Shown here: positions 25,634 through 28,361 of the stretch, one piece after another
Layout: each line of letters opens with the position of its first letter
Numbering within the stretch: the stretch's first letter is position 1
Virus record (IMG/VR): IMGVR_UViG_3300033412_000055
Coordinates: 1 to 28,361 of that record
From: a virus
Lineage: Duplodnaviria > Caudoviricetes
Direction: 5' to 3' (one strand)
DNA: 28,361 nt
Notes under the pieces: model-generated
Databases searched by the model: none
Told to the model about the DNA's origin: nothing
The model's input: only the letters and a program-made list of their open reading frames with translations
Translations under genes and position numbers: made by a program

Positions 25634-26684
25634 ACGGGTCGGTGTGACGATACTCGATCCCGCGCTCATCGAGCATGTGCGCAAGCAGCAGTGCGGGCGA
25701 GCCCACGGTGAGCGCCGTCCCCTGCTTGTACGCCTTGCCGAGGATCTCGACCTCGTCGCGGACACCCGTGCTCCAGCCAGCCGACGCGTTCGCGACGATC
25801 CCCGCGAGCCAGTCGGTCTGCCGCTCGCGGCATTCCATCAGCGCCTCGAACAGGTCATACGACAACGAGTGCTCGCGCGCCAGCCACGACAGCGCGATGT
25901 TGTCACGGGGATGGCAGCCTCCGCCGTCACCCATCCCGCCACGCATGTAGGCCGGCGACAGGATCCGCTTCGTCCCGAGGCAGAGCGCGTCGACGAGATC
26001 ATCGACGTCCGCGCCGGTCTTCTCGCACAACTCCATCATCGTGTTCGCGAACGCGATCTTCAGACCGATGAACGTGTTGTAGGCGACCTTCGTCAACTCG
26101 GCCGTACGGATCGTTGTCACGAAACGAAACACGCTCGGCGGATGGATCGACTCGTAGAGATCCTCGAGCGGCCCCGGCCAGACGCCGTCGGTCCCGATCA
26201 GCACGAACTCCGGCTCACGGAAGTCAGGAATGGTGGTGCCCATCGCGATGAAGAACGGGTTGTAGAGCACGGCGCGGTTCACGCCCAGTCGCTCCATCGT
26301 TCCCGGCAGCACCGTGGAGATCACAACGACCGGGCATTCGGCGGCGTAGACGCTCGCGACGGCGTCCTCCAAGTACGCGTAGTCGAAGTCAGCGCGCGTA
26401 TCCGGTAGTCGTGTCGTCCCCTCGAACTCCGGCTGATGCGGCGTCTGCACGGCCACGAAGATCAGATCCGACCAGTCTTCCAGCATCTCTGGCTCCATCA
26501 GCGTGATCTTCGTCTCGTCGAGAAGCTCCTGCGCGCCCTCCTCGACGTACGGCAGCCGACGGGTGCGGAGCGTGTCCTGAACGGTCTGCGAGACGTCCCA
26601 GCCGCAGACTTCGTGGCCGGCCGCCTCGACGGCGAGCGCGACCGGCAGGCCGAGCTTCCCGAGCCCCACGAAGCCGACCTTCAT
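25596..26684 (-). CDS. ugd: UDP-glucose/GDP-mannose dehydrogenase family protein (362 aa)
   Basis: MKVGFVGLGKLG (Rossmann), FVAVQTP, STVLPGT, YNPFF, AELTK..YN, GGGCHPRD (catalytic Cys), ILGKAYK. ATG 26684 in an ATGA overlap. Exact substrate unknown. Confidence 0.92.
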   Translation of the reverse strand: MKVGFVGLGKLGLPVALAVEAAGHEVCGWDVSQTVQDTLRTRRLPYVEEGAQELLDETKITLMEPEMLEDWSDLIFVAVQTPHQPEFEGTTRLPDTRADFDYAYLEDAVASVYAAECPVVVISTVLPGTMERLGVNRAVLYNPFFIAMGTTIPDFREPEFVLIGTDGVWPGPLEDLYESIHPPSVFRFVTTIRTAELTKVAYNTFIGLKIAFANTMMELCEKTGADVDDLVDALCLGTKRILSPAYMRGGMGDGGGCHPRDNIALSWLAREHSLSYDLFEALMECRERQTDWLAGIVANASAGWSTGVRDEVEILGKAYKQGTALTVGSPALLLAHMLDERGIEYRHTDPYADSQTEARVDD

Positions 26685-26995
26685 TCGACCTGCTCGTCTT
26701 TCGTGATGCACCGGAGACAGAGTTTGTAGATCGCGGGAATCTCCTCCACCGACTCGAACCGCTCCAGATTCCACGAAAGTTCTCGTCCGCACGCCGTCTC
26801 ATGTCGATTGCCAAGCACGTCACATCTCCACGCACCCACTACGCGGTGAACAAGCCGGCCCTCTGGCGCCTCTCTGGCGCCAGACCCGATCCCTACGGCC
26901 CAGAACCGCTCGGCGTTGGGCGTGATCTTGACCTCTTGCAGTCGGAATCCCTCCGCCGTGCTGCGGTATGGATGGCGGGTACGAGTTCCGATCAT
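26681..26995 (-). CDS. Hypothetical protein with a putative zinc-binding motif (104 aa)
   Basis: ATGA overlaps at both ends; VH...TACG...CLRC. Confidence 0.65.
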   Translation of the reverse strand: MIGTRTRHPYRSTAEGFRLQEVKITPNAERFWAVGIGSGAREAPEGRLVHRVVGAWRCDVLGNRHETACGRELSWNLERFESVEEIPAIYKLCLRCITKDEQVE

Positions 26996-27747
26996 CGCTT
27001 CACCAGCACGGCGCCGAGATACGCGTTGTCCTGCGTCAGATACCGGTACTCCCGGATCTCGAACCACCGGCCGAAGCGCCCCTCGAGCCGCTCCGCGTTG
27101 TACCAGTCCGCGTAGCCCCCGACCGCATCCCAGTGCTGCCAGAACTGCGCGCCGGCCGCGTGATGTTCCACCGGCCGGGTCGGCAGCGGCAGCCCCGTCG
27201 CGATCCGCCACGCCTGATCCGAGTAGACCATCAGCCGTAGCTCCCCTTCGGGCTTCAGCCACTTCGCCATCTGCTCCACGACCGGGACCGGCTCCGGGAT
27301 GTGGTGCAGGACGCCGTTGCAGTGGATCACGTCGAACTCGGGCAGAGGCGCGGTGATGAACGGCGGCGCCTCCCTGATCAACGCCGTCATCGCGAGCGGC
27401 GTCTCGTACAGCCGGAAGGTGCGCCTCGCGACCGCCAGATTCGCTTCCGAGACATCGGCGACGACGACATGGTTCCCGAACGTCGACAGGATCGCGCCCT
27501 CGAGCCCCACCCCGCACCCGTAGTCCAGGATCGTCTTCCCCTCCGTCGTCATCAGCCCGAGCGTCTCAACCCAGCGGCTCTCGAAGTTCCGCCACCCCTG
27601 ATACCGCGCCTTCCACATCTTGCGGATCGTCTCGTCGAACTCGTTTGCGCCCATCCCGAGCAGATCCTCTGCGGGGATGTAGCCAACGTCGTCAACAGGC
27701 GGGCTCGACCACGACTTCGCTCGCTCCTCGAACGTCGGGATGCTCAC
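26992..27747 (-). CDS. Class I SAM-dependent methyltransferase
   Basis: ILDYGCGVG, VADVS, FDVIHCNGVLHH, LKPEG.L.LMVY. Confidence 0.92.
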   Translation of the reverse strand: MSIPTFEERAKSWSSPPVDDVGYIPAEDLLGMGANEFDETIRKMWKARYQGWRNFESRWVETLGLMTTEGKTILDYGCGVGLEGAILSTFGNHVVVADVSEANLAVARRTFRLYETPLAMTALIREAPPFITAPLPEFDVIHCNGVLHHIPEPVPVVEQMAKWLKPEGELRLMVYSDQAWRIATGLPLPTRPVEHHAAGAQFWQHWDAVGGYADWYNAERLEGRFGRWFEIREYRYLTQDNAYLGAVLVKR

Positions 27748-28361
27748 GACATCACCGCCCGCAGCTTCTCCGCGTCGCGCTCTCGCTCCGGCCGCGTCCG
27801 CTTGAACAACTCCACGACGCCGTCGCGTTCGCCGCGCTCCTCACGCTCCACATGCGTCTGGTCACGGTCGGCCTTGCCGAACGACCAGTGATGATGCTCC
27901 GTCACCATCTTCGGCAACGGCTTCGCCCGTCCGATCATCTGCGCCACCTCCGTCAGCCACACGTCGTTCCAGTCGCTCGAGAACAAGGGCGGCACGAAAT
28001 AGCCGACCGTCTCCACCCAGCGGCGATGAACGAACCCGTGCGTCCCGAGATACGGGAAGTTCGGGCTCAGGTCGTCGCCGTACACGAACGCGATCCGATC
28101 GGGGACAGCGGCGAACGCGTCGCGCACCATTTGGTCCCAGCCGTTCGTCCCGAACGTCAGATCGTCGCCGCATTGCATCAGGATCTCGCCGCGCGCCGCC
28201 GTCGCGCACTCGTTCCAGCACTCTGAGAGAAGCCTCCGTGGGCCCTTCAGCGTGACGATCTGCGGAGAGCCGGCCGTGAGCGCCGAGTACGGCAGAAGCT
28301 GAGGATCGTCTTCGTCAACCCAGACGACGACCTCGAGCCGAGAGGGATGCAGCGCTGTGTA
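27744..28361 (-). CDS. GT2 family glycosyltransferase, partial (start beyond the right edge)
   Basis: The frame is open from 28361: LEVVVWVDEDDP...WNECATAARGEILMQCGDD (DxD region), WVETVGY, WNDVWL, TEHHH. Confidence 0.85.
   Translation of the reverse strand, partial: YTALHPSRLEVVVWVDEDDPQLLPYSALTAGSPQIVTLKGPRRLLSECWNECATAARGEILMQCGDDLTFGTNGWDQMVRDAFAAVPDRIAFVYGDDLSPNFPYLGTHGFVHRRWVETVGYFVPPLFSSDWNDVWLTEVAQMIGRAKPLPKMVTEHHHWSFGKADRDQTHVEREERGERDGVVELFKRTRPERERDAEKLRAVMS

Noticed and set aside
1513-26792. Longest-ORF starts in the track (2868, 3242, 4405, 9819, 20846, 23415, 26792)
   Set aside because: Most overlap upstream genes heavily. Downstream starts with stop/start overlaps or strong RBSs fit better.
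10859-27747. Methyltransferases as DNA methyltransferases of a restriction-modification system
   Set aside because: No DPPY/NPPY or PC catalytic motifs; they resemble small-molecule or glycan class I methyltransferases.
1-28361. Terminase, integrase, att sites, tRNA or rRNA genes
   Set aside because: None recognised. The terminase probably lies beyond the right edge; phage versus prophage status and exact host cannot be determined from this window.

Overview
This is a high-GC tailed phage or prophage segment (siphovirus type, probably infecting an actinobacterium). It holds almost the whole virion operon, entirely on the minus strand, with tight ATGA/TGATG gene coupling. Order of transcription (right to left): GT2 glycosyltransferase (partial), SAM methyltransferase, Zn-finger-like ORF, UDP-glucose/GDP-mannose dehydrogenase, small ORFs and a DUF1360-like protein, portal, maturation protease, glycosyltransferase, major capsid hexamer, capsid pentamer, major tail, 1145-aa Gly/Ser/Thr repeat fibre, glycosyltransferase, signal-peptide beta-helix protein, beta-rich virion protein, methyltransferase, head-tail adaptor, neck and terminator, tail assembly chaperones, tape measure, Dit, hub, tail tip, beta-propeller, papain-like peptidase, NlpC/P60 peptidase, partial ORF. 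By motif recall, not database search, the core structural proteins resemble those of mycobacteriophage cluster B-like phages. The standout observations are: (1) a candidate virion glycosylation pathway (3 glycosyltransferases, 2 methyltransferases, a nucleotide-sugar dehydrogenase) interleaved with structural genes; (2) a papain-like peptidase whose His strand has been moved N-terminal to the catalytic Cys while the Asn stays C-terminal; (3) a GACC-N11-(-10) promoter-like motif in four intergenic gaps; (4) a hidden 22-aa MCGC ORF and a likely CTG-start gene. All product calls come from reading motifs by eye.
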